The notes under the pieces: generated by a model | Told to the model about the DNA's origin: nothing | Seen by the model: the letters and a program-made list of their open reading frames with translations, nothing else | Databases searched by the model: none | Shown: one piece after another, positions 11,526 to 22,682 of the stretch | Layout: every line of letters starts with the position of its first letter | How positions within the stretch are numbered: position 1 is the first letter of the stretch | Program-made: the position numbers and the translations under genes | NCBI RefSeq assembly: GCF_004010195.1 | Contig: NC_057718.1 | Span: 10,433,653 to 10,476,653 of the forward strand | Source: Chiloscyllium plagiosum | Taxonomy: Eukaryota | Direction: 5' to 3' | DNA length: 43,001 nt

Positions 11526-12851
11526 AAGTGCATTAATGAACCAGATGGATCTTTACAACATTTGACAGTGGTCACATGATCACCATGTGGCCAGCTCTTT
11601 ATTCCAGATGTTATAGGATTCAAATCTCACCACATAATCACGCTGGAAATTGGATCTATGATCCAGACATTAATCAGCCTGGGGTTCTGGATTGCTAGCC
11701 CTGTGGGATTATCACTACACTCCATATCTCATGGTTTAAAGGATAAAGGTTGACTGGGATACCAGGGCAATTCCTCTACTCTTCTTTAAACAATGGCACA
11801 GGATCTTTTGTATCCAACTGAGTTTCGAATCTCATCCAAAAGGTGGCTTCACTGTTGGTGCAGACCTCCCCCCGGGACAATCCAAGAGGGTTATTGCGCT
11901 GGAGTGGGATTTGAACCCTCAATTCACACAGTTGCGACAGTGACTGCACTTTTCTGTGAAGCATGCTGAAGTCACGAAGGGTGCTGTAGAAAAGCAAGCC
12001 CTTCCTTTCTAATTTGCCAGTCCTGAGAAATTGAAGGTCGCTTTGGACCCAAACTGCTTTCCACAGTTCAGGGTGAGAATTCATAATTCCACCACTGGAG
12101 TGCGCTAGAACCAAGAGCAATTTGTCCCGAAATACCCTGACATGAACTTCTGAGGAATGAATGAGGCAGGTCTCAGAAACGGTGAAAAGTAATTGGGTAA
12201 AGTGCTTTTGCAATGTTCTGAACCTTCTTGAGCAACTGGACATACATTTGCATAAATCTTAGCGAGACATTTCACAGAGACATTTCTCTTTTTGAGACAA
12301 TATTCAAAAACCTTGTAGACGATTACGAAAGTGGGAAGTACTTTCGGAAACAAAACTGTTAGCCAGGACTCAGTAGGTGGTAGTCCCAGTTCAGAGTCAG
12401 AAGATTGCAGGTTGATTTTTTTTTATTCAAAGTATTTGGGCACAAACATCAAGATTGTCTCGGTGATCATTTGCTGTTTGTGTCAGATTACTGTGTGAAA
12501 ATTGATTTTTACATTTTTTTTTAATTGGCAAGGCCAGTAATTATTCTCCTTTCTCTGAAGTGTCCTTAAACTCAACTGGATTGAATGTTAAAAATCACAC
12601 AACACCAGGTTATAGTCCAACGGGTTTAATTGGAAGCACACTAGCTTTCAGAGCGACGCTCCTTCATCAGGTGATAGTGGAGGGCTCGATCATAACACAG
12701 AATTTATAGCAAAAATTTGCAGTGTGATGTAACTGAAATTATACATTGAAAAATTGATTGTCTGTTAAGCCTTTCATCTGTTAGAATACAGTGATAGTTT
12801 CACTTCTTTCATGTGTAAATCACAAAACCCTTTTTTTAAAAGTTGCATTCT

Positions 12852-13218
12852 NNNNNNNNNNNNNNNNNNNNNNNNNNNNNNNNNNNNNNNNNNNNNNNNN
12901 NNNNNNNNNNNNNNNNNNNNNNNNNNNNNNNNNNNNNNNNNNNNNNNNNNNNNNNNNNNNNNNNNNNNNNNNNNNNNNNNNNNNNNNNNNNNNNNNNNNN
13001 NNNNNNNNNNNNNNNNNNNNNNNNNNNNNNNNNNNNNNNNNNNNNNNNNNNNNNNNNNNNNNNNNNNNNNNNNNNNNNNNNNNNNNNNNNNNNNNNNNNN
13101 NNNNNNNNNNNNNNNNNNNNNNNNNNNNNNNNNNNNNNNNNNNNNNNNNNNNNNNNNNNNNNNNNNNNNNNNNNNNNNNNNNNNNNNNNNNNNNNNNNNN
13201 NNNNNNNNNNNNNNNNNN
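12852..13218. other. Assembly gap (N run)
   Basis: Run of N. Confidence 1.
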
Positions 13219-13222
13219 TGAG

Positions 13223-13249
13223 AGTGTGTGTGTGTGTGTGTGTGTGTGT
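13223..13249. repeat. (GT)n microsatellite bordering the gap
   Basis: Directly visible; lies between the PLE stop codon and the pLTR. Confidence 0.9.
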
Positions 13250-13785
13250 AGTGCAATGGTGATCACCTGCAATGTGACATGAACCCAAGGTCCTGGTTGA
13301 GGCCCTCCTGATGGGTACTGAACTTAGCTATCAGCCTCTGCTCGGCCACTTTCCTCTGCTGCCTGTCCTGAAGTCCACCTTGGAGGATGGTCACCCGAAG
13401 GTCCGAGGCTGAATGTCCTGGACCACTGAAGTGTTCCCCAACTGGGAGGGAACCCTCCTGTCTGTTGATTGTTGTGCGGTGCCCATTCATCCGTTGTCAT
13501 AGCCTTTGCTCGGTTTCCCCAATGTACCATGCCTCCGGGCATCCTTGCCTGCAACGTATAAGATAGACAACGTTGGCTGAGTCACATGAGTACCTGCCAT
13601 GTACAAGGTGGGAGGTGTTCCCACGCGTAAAAGTGGTATCTATGTCCACAATCTGACATGTCTTGCACTGTACACCATGACAGGGTTGTATGGAGTTGTC
13701 CTGAGAGTCGGGCAGTTTGCTACGAACAATGATCTGTTTGAGGTTTGGCGGTTGTTTAAAGGCAAGTAGTGGAGGTGTGGGGAAG

Positions 13786-13901
13786 TTGAAACTTTATTGC
13801 TGGAACACATTGATAATGTGTTGCAGGCTGACCTGCTGTGCTGTTCCAGCAATAAAGTTTCAACTTTGATCTCCAGCATCTGCAGGCCTCACTTTCTCCT
13901 C
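13786..13901 (+). mobile_element. PLE pLTR mini-insertion nested in the GIY-YIG-bearing PLE
   Basis: 14-bp TSD gaggtgtggggaag at 13772-13785 and 13902-13915. 25-bp inverted arms at 13783-13807 and 13842-13866. Confidence 0.8.
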
Positions 13902-14167
13902 GAGGTGTGGGGAAGGTCTTGGTGAGGTGCTCATCCTCATTGAGAATGTGTTGCAGGTCACGAAGAATATAGCATAATTTTTCTGCTCCTCGGAAGTACT
14001 GAACAACGAAGGGTTTTGTGATTTACACATGAAAGAAGTGAAACTATCACTGTATTCTAACAGATGAAAGGCTTAACAGACAATCAATTTTTCAATGTAT
14101 AATTTCAGTTACATCACACTGCAAATTTTTGCTATAAATTGTGTGTTACGATCGAGCCCTCCACAAT

Positions 14168-14202
14168 CACCTGATGAAGGAGTGTCGCTCTGAAAGCTAG
14201 TG
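14168..14202 (+). ncRNA. Minimal hammerhead ribozyme motif in PLE pLTR
   Basis: cac-CTGATGA-aggagtgtcgctct-GAAA-gcta-gtg: both catalytic boxes, stem II, a palindromic AGCT in place of stem III, and cac/gtg stem I. An antisense copy lies at about 12640-12673. Confidence 0.65.
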
Positions 14203-14600
14203 CTTCCAATTAAACCCGTTGGACTATAACCTGGTGTGGTGTGATTTTTAACTTTGTACACCCCAGTCCAACACCGGCATCTCTGAATCATGGATTGAAT
14301 GTGTTGGTGACATAGTGGTAATGTCAGTGTGCGAGTTATCCCGGGACCTAGGTTAAAGTTGTGGGAGAATGGGTTCAAATGCCACTGTGATCGCTGGTGA
14401 AATTTGAATTCAGTAAATAAATGTGGAACTACAAGCCAGGCATGGTGACTGTAAAATTATCATTCATCGTTATTTTAAAAGATCTCGCTGTCTCATGTCC
14501 TTTAGAAAAGTAAGTCTGCTCTCCTTATCTGGTTTGGCCTACATGTGACTCCAGACGCATAGCAAAATGTCATTCTTCACTAGCCTTTGGAATGGCTGAG

Positions 14601-14821
14601 GAGAAAGTGAGGTCTGCAGATGCTGGAGATCAGAGATGGAAATGTGTTGCTGGAAAAGCGCAGCAGGTCAGGCAGCATCTAGGGAACAGGAGAATCGACG
14701 TTTCGGGCATTAGCCCTTCTTCAGCCCTCTTCCTGAAGAAGGGCTAATGCCCGAAACGGCGATTCTCCTGTTCCCTAGATGCTGCCTGACCTGCTGCGCT
14801 TTTCCAGCAACACATTTCCAT
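14601..14821. mobile_element. Palindromic PLE pLTR mini-insertion
   Basis: 91-bp inverted arms at 14634-14724 and 14733-14823 with one mismatch. 16-bp TSD ctttggaatggctgag at 14585-14600 and 14822-14837. Confidence 0.9.
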
Positions 14822-15125
14822 CTTTGGAATGGCTGAGCAAGCTTATTCAGTTAAAGGGACAATGAGGGATGGGCGAAAAGTGCCGGCATTGTCCAAACCT
14901 CATGAAAGAAAAGCAATTGAAAACATATTTCCTCAGTGCACAGCAGAAAATGACATGGGAGAAAATCCTAGATGGCATTAGACTGGAAAGTCAACATTCT
15001 GAAAATGAGACAACTCAACTTCCTGCTATATTAAACTCGTACATCCACAGACTTTAACATGAAATGTACAGAACTGTAGACCTTTCATTTTTATCTCATG
15101 TATTTAATAGACTGATATTTGATGA

Positions 15126-15422
15126 TTAGATTCCCAACAGTGTGGAAACAGGCCCTTCGGCCCATCTAGTCCATACCGACCCTCCGAAGAGTAACCCACC
15201 CAGACCCATTCCCCTAAACTAATGCACCTAACACTATTGACAATTTAGCATGACCAAGTAACCTGACCTGCACATCTTTGTGACTATGGGAGGAAACCGG
15301 AATAAACCCATGTAGACACAGGGAGAATGTGCAAACTCCACACAGACCGTCGCCCGAGGAATCGGACCCGGGTCTTTGGTGCTGTGAGGCAGCCGTGCTA
15401 ACCACTGAGCCACTGTGGCACC
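15126..15422 (-). mobile_element. HE1-like V-SINE
   Basis: Same head, V-domain and tail. Confidence 0.8.
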
Positions 15423-15510
15423 CCAAAAGGTGGCTTCACTGTTGGTGCAGACCTCCCCCAGGACAACGCAAGAGTGTCAGCCGCAGTTATTGCGCTGGAG
15501 TGGGATTTGA

Positions 15511-15809
15511 TTAGATTTCCTACAATGTGGAAACAGGCCCTTCAGCCCAACAAGTCCACACCACCCCTATGAAGAGAAACCCATTCCCCTACCCTATATT
15601 AACCCCTGACTAACACAACGACCACTGTAGGTAATTTAGCATGGCCAATTCACCTAACCTGCACATCTTTGGACTGTGGGAGGAAACCGGAGCACCCAGA
15701 GGAAACCCACGCAGACACTGGGAGACTGTGCAAACTCCACCCAGACAGTCGGGAATCGAACCCAGGACCCTGGTGCTGTGAGGCAGCAGCACTAACCACT
15801 GAGTCACTG
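15511..15809 (-). mobile_element. HE1-like V-SINE
   Basis: Same head, V-domain and tail. Confidence 0.85.
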
Positions 15810-16003
15810 TTTGTATTATGCGCGATTATTTATGTACTGAAAAGTTCGTAACTATGCAATTCTATTTATATTTGTGTTTCAATATATATAACTATATTAT
15901 GAATCACCTGTATTACTAATTAGAAGAATAATTATCAAGTGATACCCATCAGGAGCTGGGCAACAAGATCAAATACAGGGAAGGGAACTAAAATATATAC
16001 CAG

Positions 16004-16180
<177 letters not shown>

Positions 16181-17220
16181 CTGACTGTTTATCTGTCGAT
16201 TTAAACTCACAGAGGGAGTTTATTAAGAGCATTAGTTTTCTCCAGTCTGGCCTATTTTTTTCCAGCCTTTCCTGCTGGAGTTCTTTAACCCCCAGTCACT
16301 CCCTCTTGTATCAACCAACAGGGCATCATTCATTAATAAGATTTGTATCAATGCTGTTGACCGTGGGATTTGTTACAGCCCTTTACCTATTGATTGTGTG
16401 TTTTTGGGGTGTTGGTGTTGGAAGGGAATCCTGGGTTATCAGTTAAAGAATCAGACGCATCTTCGTGCAGATCACACTGCCTCTTGTAGATTCAGCCCAG
16501 ACAGCTCTTTCTGAATGTTCTGGTTGCTCATTGGATAAACAGACCCTTTGTGCATTTCCACACCCTTCATTCCACTACCAGTTGCCAATCTTTCGATCAT
16601 CAAGATCTCACACTCTGAATTTCCCTCTCTAACCCTTACATCTCTCCATTTTCCTGTCCTCCTTTCACCCTCATTAAAACTCTTCATCCTATCAGGCCCA
16701 GAAACACGGTGTCCCAGTGGGTGACTGTGCCTTAAGTTCTCTCAACCCTAAGATCCTGGGAGTCTCACGCTAAATCTCTCCATTTCTCTAGCACCCATTG
16801 AGCTCCTGCCTCTGAAAAGCCTCCCTCCTTGACCATGACCTTGATCACCCATCTTTATTATGTGACTTGAAGATCCCAACTCTGTTTGGATGTAATCCTT
16901 GCTTCCAGCAGTCCCACACAGTCAAACAGCTGATTCTCTTCCCTCCCATCTCCAACACTTTAGTAAGTTACAAGCGAGGCCGCCTCAAAAAGCGCGTGAT
17001 TTTTAAAAAAAAATTTAAAATATGCTCCTGGGCAGCTGGGTTTGTCGGACAATAAAGCCTCGAGAGTACCCAGGGCCAATTGGGAGAGTTCGCTTCGTGG
17101 GTGTCGAATTTCTTCAATGAGACTCCATTTGACACCTGCAAAAGGCGCTATGTAAATGCAGGTCAGTGCGGCTGGCAGGAGAAACAGCTCTATAAAAGCC
17201 GAAAGAGGAAGGGTCAACTT

Positions 17221-17335
17221 CTGAGGAAGGGTCACTCGACCCGAAACATTAACTCTGCTCTCTCTCTCTCTCTCTCTCTCGCTCAACAGATGATGCCAGA
17301 CCTGCTGAGTTTTTCCAACAATTCCTGTTTTTGTT
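17221..17335 (+). mobile_element. Older PLE pLTR-derived repeat with hammerhead-like core (third family)
   Basis: CTGAGGA-agggtcactcgaccc-GAAAC-attaactctg...cagatgatgccagacctgctgagtttttcca. Related copies at about 2865-2960(+), 36026-36150(+), 31620-31750(-) and 8655-8695(-). Confidence 0.55.
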
Positions 17336-17449
17336 GGCTTTAATGGATGAGTGTTAAGACAATTGTTTAAAAAGGAAACTACATGTCCCAGGGAACCTTG
17401 GAGTACAAACAGCTTCTCCCTGACAAGCGTCTAGTTACACTGAATGATA

Positions 17450-17926
17450 TAACATCCGGCGCATTGCAGAGTTTTTACATGCAGTGCACACACAGTTGGG
17501 CGTCAGGCCGGGCTAACTGCATCTGACAGTGCAGAGGTGGGAGCTGTCCAAATGTGAGACCAGGCGCAGAGGGATCGCAGAATTGCAGGGGGACGCGTGA
17601 TGCATTCGGCGGCTTCCTCGTGGGAGGAGCTGAACTAAATGTTGACAGCACTGGCCGGGTCAGCAGTGACCGTGCCTGTTGGGAATTCAGAAAGGACCAG
17701 TTGGTGGAAGTGGTGCAGAGTGCTCCTGGCTACCGAGTCCAGCTGCCTCAGGGAGACCGGTTGAGGCATGTAACAACAGGGAAGGAGGAAGGATCAGGAA
17801 ACCTCTGTACAAGCTTGTGGGCGTGTGTGTGTCTCTCTCTCTCTCCTGCTGAGATTTCAGCAGAAACCCGAACCCATCGCTCTTGGTGGAGAGAACAAGG
17901 GAAGTCTAACTGTGTGGAGCCTGACC
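17450..17926 (+). promoter_or_regulatory. Putative 5' UTR/proximal promoter of gene B (GC/CpG-enriched)
   Basis: Non-repetitive GC-rich stretch with several CpGs directly upstream of the ATG. The TSS cannot be determined. Confidence 0.3.
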
Positions 17927-18217
17927 ATGGGGACAGGGAGCCTGGTCTTATTCCTGCTGCTGTTGGCTCGGATGGTGCAGGGGGAAGTGGTCCAGGATTT
18001 TGACAAGTGCAGTTGGTTCTTCCAGGGTGGGGTGCCTCCTCGCCTATCCGAGAGTCAAAACTGGTTCAGAATCTGCCAGCGGTATAAGAACCATTACCAC
18101 TTTGCCACTCTGTACAACAGCGGGCTGCGGGTCCCAGTCTACTCCGCCTACAGATACCCCTGCAGTATGGGCCAGAGTGCGGGCTACAGACCCAGCCCCT
18201 GGTTTTACGAACCGCAG
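17927..18217 (+). CDS. ENDOD1-like endonuclease gene B, coding exon 1 (97 codons: signal peptide plus N-terminal nuclease domain)
   Basis: gaccATGG at 17927. Leader MGTGSLVLFLLLLARMVQG|EV, then ICQRY..FATLY..PVYSAY..WFYEPQ. CAG|GTAAAA donor with the intron starting at 18218, phase 0. Confidence 0.9.
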
Positions 18218-18457
18218 GTAAAAGAGCTCTGGGGACTATAGTGCATCCGCGTCTGGAGTACAGCTTTGACCCCCTTACTTGAGGAATTGCATTGGAGACA
18301 GCTCAGAGAAGGTTCACATACTTAATTTCAGCGATTTTGAGCTTGTCTTATGAGGAGAGGTTGAGCAGTTTAGGTCGGACTCACTCCCCCAGGGTGAGGT
18401 AGATACCCGGACACCGAATAAATTTAAGGAGGAAATAGATAGGTTTTTAATTAGTCA

Positions 18458-20080
18458 AAAGTGAGGGCTGCAGATGCTGAGATTAGAGTCCAGAGACTGG
18501 TGCTGGAAAAGCACAGCAGGTCAGGCAGCATCTGAGGAGCAGGAGAATCGACGTTTCAGGCAAAAGCACTTCCATCAGGAATGAGACTGGCGGCCCACAG
18601 AGTGGCTAAATGGGAGGGGGTGGGGGGAAGGAAGCTACAGTGCAATAGGTGGATGGAGGTGGGGGATAAAGGTGATAGGTCAGAGGGGAGGGTGGAGCAG
18701 ATAGGTGGGAAGGAAGATGGACAGGTGGGACAGGTCACGAGGGCGGTGCCAAATTGGAAGGTTGGAACTGGGGTAAGCTGAGGGAGGGGAAATGAGGAAA
18801 CTGGTGAAATCCACATTGATACCATGGGGATGGAGGGTCCTGAGGTGGAAGATGAGACGTTTTTCTTCCAGGTGTTGGGTGGTAAGGGAGTGGCAATGGG
18901 GGAGGCCCAGGACCTGCATGTCCTTGGTGGATTGGGAGGGGGAATTGAAGTGTTCAGCCATGGGGCAGTGGGGTTGGTTGGTGCGAGTGTCCCAGACATG
19001 TTCTCTGAAGTGCTGTGCAAGTAGGCGTCCTGTCTCCCCAATGTAGAGGAGACCACATCGGGAGCAACAGAGTCAGTAAATGACACGTGTGGAAGTGCAA
19101 GTAAAATTCTGATGGATGTGGAAGGTTCCTTTGGGGCCTTGGATGGAGGTGAGGGAGAGGTTTCACAATTCCTGCAGTAGCAGGGGAAGGTGCTGGGAGA
19201 CGCAGGTGGGATGGTCCTTATGGAAAGCGGGAGGGAAATAAATCCCTGGTGGTGGGATCCTTTTGTAGGTGGCAGAAATGGCGGAGGATGATGCAGTTTA
19301 TGCGGAGGTCGGTGGGGTGGAAGGTGACACGGGGGGGGGGTGCTTCTGTCCTTGTTGGGGTTGGAGGGGTGGGGTTTGAGGCCGGAGTTGTGGAAAGTGG
19401 AGGAGATACACTGGAGGGCATCATCAACCACATGGGAGGTGAGGAATTGCGGTCTTTAAAGGAGGAGACCATCTGGTGTGTTCTGTGGTGGAACTGGTCC
19501 TCCTGGGAACAGATGTGGTGGAGACGGAGGAATTGGGAATAAGGGATAGCATTTTTACAGAAGGCAGAGTGGGAGGGGGTGTAATCCAGGTAGCTGTGGG
19601 AGTCAGTGGGTTTGTAAAAGATGTCAGTGTTGAGTTGGTCACCATTGTTAGAGATGGAGAGGTCCAGGAAGGAGATGGAGGTGACTGAGATGGTCCAGGT
19701 GAACTTAAGGTCGAGGTGGAATGTGTAGGTGAAGTTGATGAACTGTTCAACCTCCTGGTGGGAGCACGAGATGACGCCGATACAGTCATCAATGTAGCGG
19801 AGGAATAGGTGGGGAGTGGTGCAGGTGTAACTGCGAAAGATGGACTGTTTCACGAAACCGACAAAGAGACAGGCATAGCTGGGGCCCATGTGGGTGGCCA
19901 TGGTACCCATTTTGTCTGGAGGAAGTGGGAGGATTCAAAGGAGAAATTATTGAGGGTGAGGACCAGTTCAGCCAAACAAATGAGGGGTATTGGTGGGGAC
20001 CACGGGAGAGGAAGAAATGGAGGCCTTGGAGGCCATTGCCATGGAGGATGGAGGTGTATAGGGCCTGGATGTCCATGGTG
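18458..20080 (-). mobile_element. Degenerate Penelope-like element (RT + GIY-YIG + pLTR) in the intron of gene B, antisense
   Basis: RT motifs MDIQALYTSI, MGPSYACLFVG, FLRYIDDCIG, TDIFYKPTDSHSYLDY. Endonuclease LYIGET, HFNSPS...GINVDF. Frameshifted; pLTR at about 18458-18580. Confidence 0.9.
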
Positions 20081-20584
20081 TGAATTGAAAGGTTATGTGG
20101 AAAGTGCAGGAAAGAGGCAGAGATTAAGTCAGCCATGATTGTATTAAATAGCAGGACAGGCTGGAGGGGCTGAATAGCCTCCTGCTACGAGTTGTTAAGT
20201 TTTGATTCAGTGACCTGCTCATTACAAAACAAGAGTAATAATGAAGTCGTGTAGGGATTGCTGATTAGCTGAGGGCTGAATTACAAATATCATATTTTGT
20301 TGTTCGCCCTCATAAATTGGTCCAATTGATCACTTGGCTGCATTGCTCATACTGTACTCAAAACAGATTAAAAATTTAGACACGTATGAGGTTTCAGTCT
20401 GATTCAATCCAAAAGTGTGGTCAAACAGGGTCTCTAGGACACGAATAGGTTCAGATTTCTTTTTAAAAGTTCAAAACAATGAATGAAGATGAAGTAAATA
20501 CAGCTTAATCATTTACAGTGACAGCGGAAAATGGTGATCAGATTTAAGATGTTTGGCACCAGATGCTCAGGCCACCATTTTTCT

Positions 20585-21100
20585 TAAGACTATACAACAT
20601 AGGAGCAGAAGTAGGCCATTCAGCCCATCGGGTTTGCTCCTCATTCAGTGAGATCATGGTTGACCTGATAATCCTTAGCTGTAAATGTAACTGTAAATCC
20701 TTTCTCCTATAACCCTTGTTTCTTTTACTGATTAATAATCTCTCTCTCGACCTTGAATATACATAATGACTCAGCCTCGGCAGCTCACTGTGATAAAGAA
20801 TTCCACAGATTCGCTCCCCTCTGAGAGAAGAAATTCTTCCTCATCTCTGTCTTAAATGTGTGACCCCTTGCACTGAGATTATGACCTGTGGTCCCAGACT
20901 CTCCCACAATCTCTCCACGTCTACCCTGTCAAGTCCTCTACATCCCCCTGTATTCCAACGAGTAAAATTTGATCCATTCAACCTCTCCCTACTCCATGCC
21001 TGATATCAGCCAAGTGAACTTTCTCTGTACTGCCTCCGATGTCACTATGTCTTTCCTTAGATAAGGGGCCCGCAACTGTTCAAAATATTCCAGCTTCATC
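20585..21100 (-). mobile_element. CR1-clade LINE 3' fragment
   Basis: ataggagcagaagtaggccattcagccc 3' UTR; gaattccacagattc and gagagaagaaattc motifs. Confidence 0.7.
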
Positions 21101-21979
21101 TATATTAATGGCCCGAATTTAGGTTTATAGCTGGTAAATTTCCAAGTTTGTGCAGGGTTAAAAACTTAAAATTACTAGCGGTAGATTTTGAGAGGAGGCA
21201 AATGGATTGGTTGAATAAGAGAACCAGACAGACAAAGCCCAAAGCAGAGAAGTGTGAGGTGATCAGAAGAATAAGGAGAGATAATGGAAAATTCTAATGG
21301 GGTGCAGCAACAGAGAGACTTGGGGAAGATAGGTGTACAAACAGTTGAAGGTGGTAAGGCCAGTTGAAAAAGCTGATAAGAAGGCATTCAGGATCCTGAG
21401 CTTTAAAAATACAAGTGTAGATTATAACAGCTAGGACATTAGGGAAGAGATTTCTAAAACACTCACTGGTTAGCTGTCATCTGGAGGATTGTATCTAATT
21501 CTCGGCACAACAATTTAGGAAAGGTAATTAAGGCGTTAGAAAGTGTGCTGAAAAGATTTACGGTTGGGTCACTTTTGGAATACTGCATTCAATTCTGGTC
21601 TCCCTGATATAGGAAAGGTGCAGAGAAGATATACAAAGATGTTGCTAGGGTTGGAGGGTTTGAGCTATAGGGAGATGTTGAATAGGCTGTGGCTATTTTC
21701 CCTGGAGCATTGGAGGCTGAGGAGTGATCTTTTTGAGATTTATAAAATCACGAGGGGCATGGATAGGATAAACAGCCAAGGTCTTTTCCCTGGGGTGGGG
21801 GAGACCAGAACTAGAGGGCATAGACTTAAGGTGAGAGGGGAAAAATATTGAAGGGACCTAAAAGGCAACTTGTTTATGCAGAGGGTGGTGTATATATGGA
21901 ATGAGCTGCCAGAGGAAGTGGTGGAGGCTGGTACAATTACAGCATTTAAAACCCGTCTGGATGGGTATATGAATTGGAA

Positions 21980-22682
21980 TGTCTATCGACATTTCCGCCA
22001 CCAACAATCGGACCCCACCACCAGGGATATATTTCCCTCCCCACCCCCTATCCACTTTCCGCAAAGACTGTTCCCTCCTTGACTATCTCGTCAGGTCCCT
22101 GCCCCCCAACAACCCACCCTCCCCTCCCGGAACCTTCCCCTGACACAGCAGGAATTGCAAAACCTGCATCCACACCTNNNNNNNNNNNNNNNNNNNNNNN
22201 NNNNNNNNNNNNNNNNNNNNNNNNNNNNNNNNNNNNNNNNNNNNNNNNNNNNNNNNNNNNNNNNNNNNNNNNNNNNNNNNNNNNNNNNNNNNNNNNNNNN
22301 NNNNNNNNNNNNNNNNNNNNNNNNNNNNNNNNNNNNNNNNNNNNNNNNNNNNNNNNNNNNNNNNNNNNNNNNNNNNNNNNNNNNNNNNNNNNNNNNNNNN
22401 NNNNNNNNNNNNNNNNNNNNNNNNNNNNNNNNNNNNNNNNNNNNNNNNNNNNNNNNNNNNNNNNNNNNNNNNNNNNNNNNNNNNNNNNNNNNNNNNNNNN
22501 NNNNNNNNNNNNNNNNNNNNNNNNNNNNACACCCCCAGGCTTCCACTCTCATTCCTGATGAAGGACTTTTGCCCGAAACATCGATTTTCCTGCTCCTCAG
22601 ATGCTGCCTGACCTGCTGTGCTTTTCCAGCACTACTCTAATCTTAACTGTGATCTCCAGCATCTGCAGTACCCACTTCCGCC
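21980..22682 (+). mobile_element. Penelope-like element fragment nested in a CR1 3' end (spans N gap)
   Basis: RHFRHQQSDPTTRDIFPSPP matches the PLE at about 19230-19290. pLTR with hammerhead core at 22555. TSD tatatgaat(t/a)ggaa at 21966-21979 and 22683-22696. Confidence 0.8.
22178..22528. other. Assembly gap (N run)
   Basis: Run of N. Confidence 1.

Larger units (their letters stand above)
12589..14290 (-). mobile_element. 5'-truncated Penelope-like element with inverted pseudo-LTRs (spans N gap)
   Basis: GIY-YIG endonuclease end on the minus strand: NVVYLIRC...WYIGET at about 13510-13575, then MNGHR...VGEHF..GHS...GLNQDLG at 13263-13490. Inverted repeats of about 245 bp (12587-12832 / 14009-14252). 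TSD tggattgaatgt at 12577-12588 and 14291-14302. Confidence 0.9.

Noticed and set aside
12774..13288. Six long ORFs in the track
   Set aside because: Artefacts of translating through the N gap; the same applies to the ORFs at 21974-22640.
17825..17926. N-terminal extension of gene B in the ORF track
   Set aside because: GTG start in a (GT)/(CT) tract. The ATG at 17927 has Kozak context and begins the signal peptide. The tttcag at about 17860 might be a 5' UTR acceptor, but I cannot support an upstream exon.
18556..20136. Long ORFs (291 aa, 230 aa) as a nested host gene or an RT functionally linked to the nuclease
   Set aside because: Frameshifted PLE RT and its off-frame readings. Nothing suggests domestication or an RT-nuclease system beyond intronic insertion.
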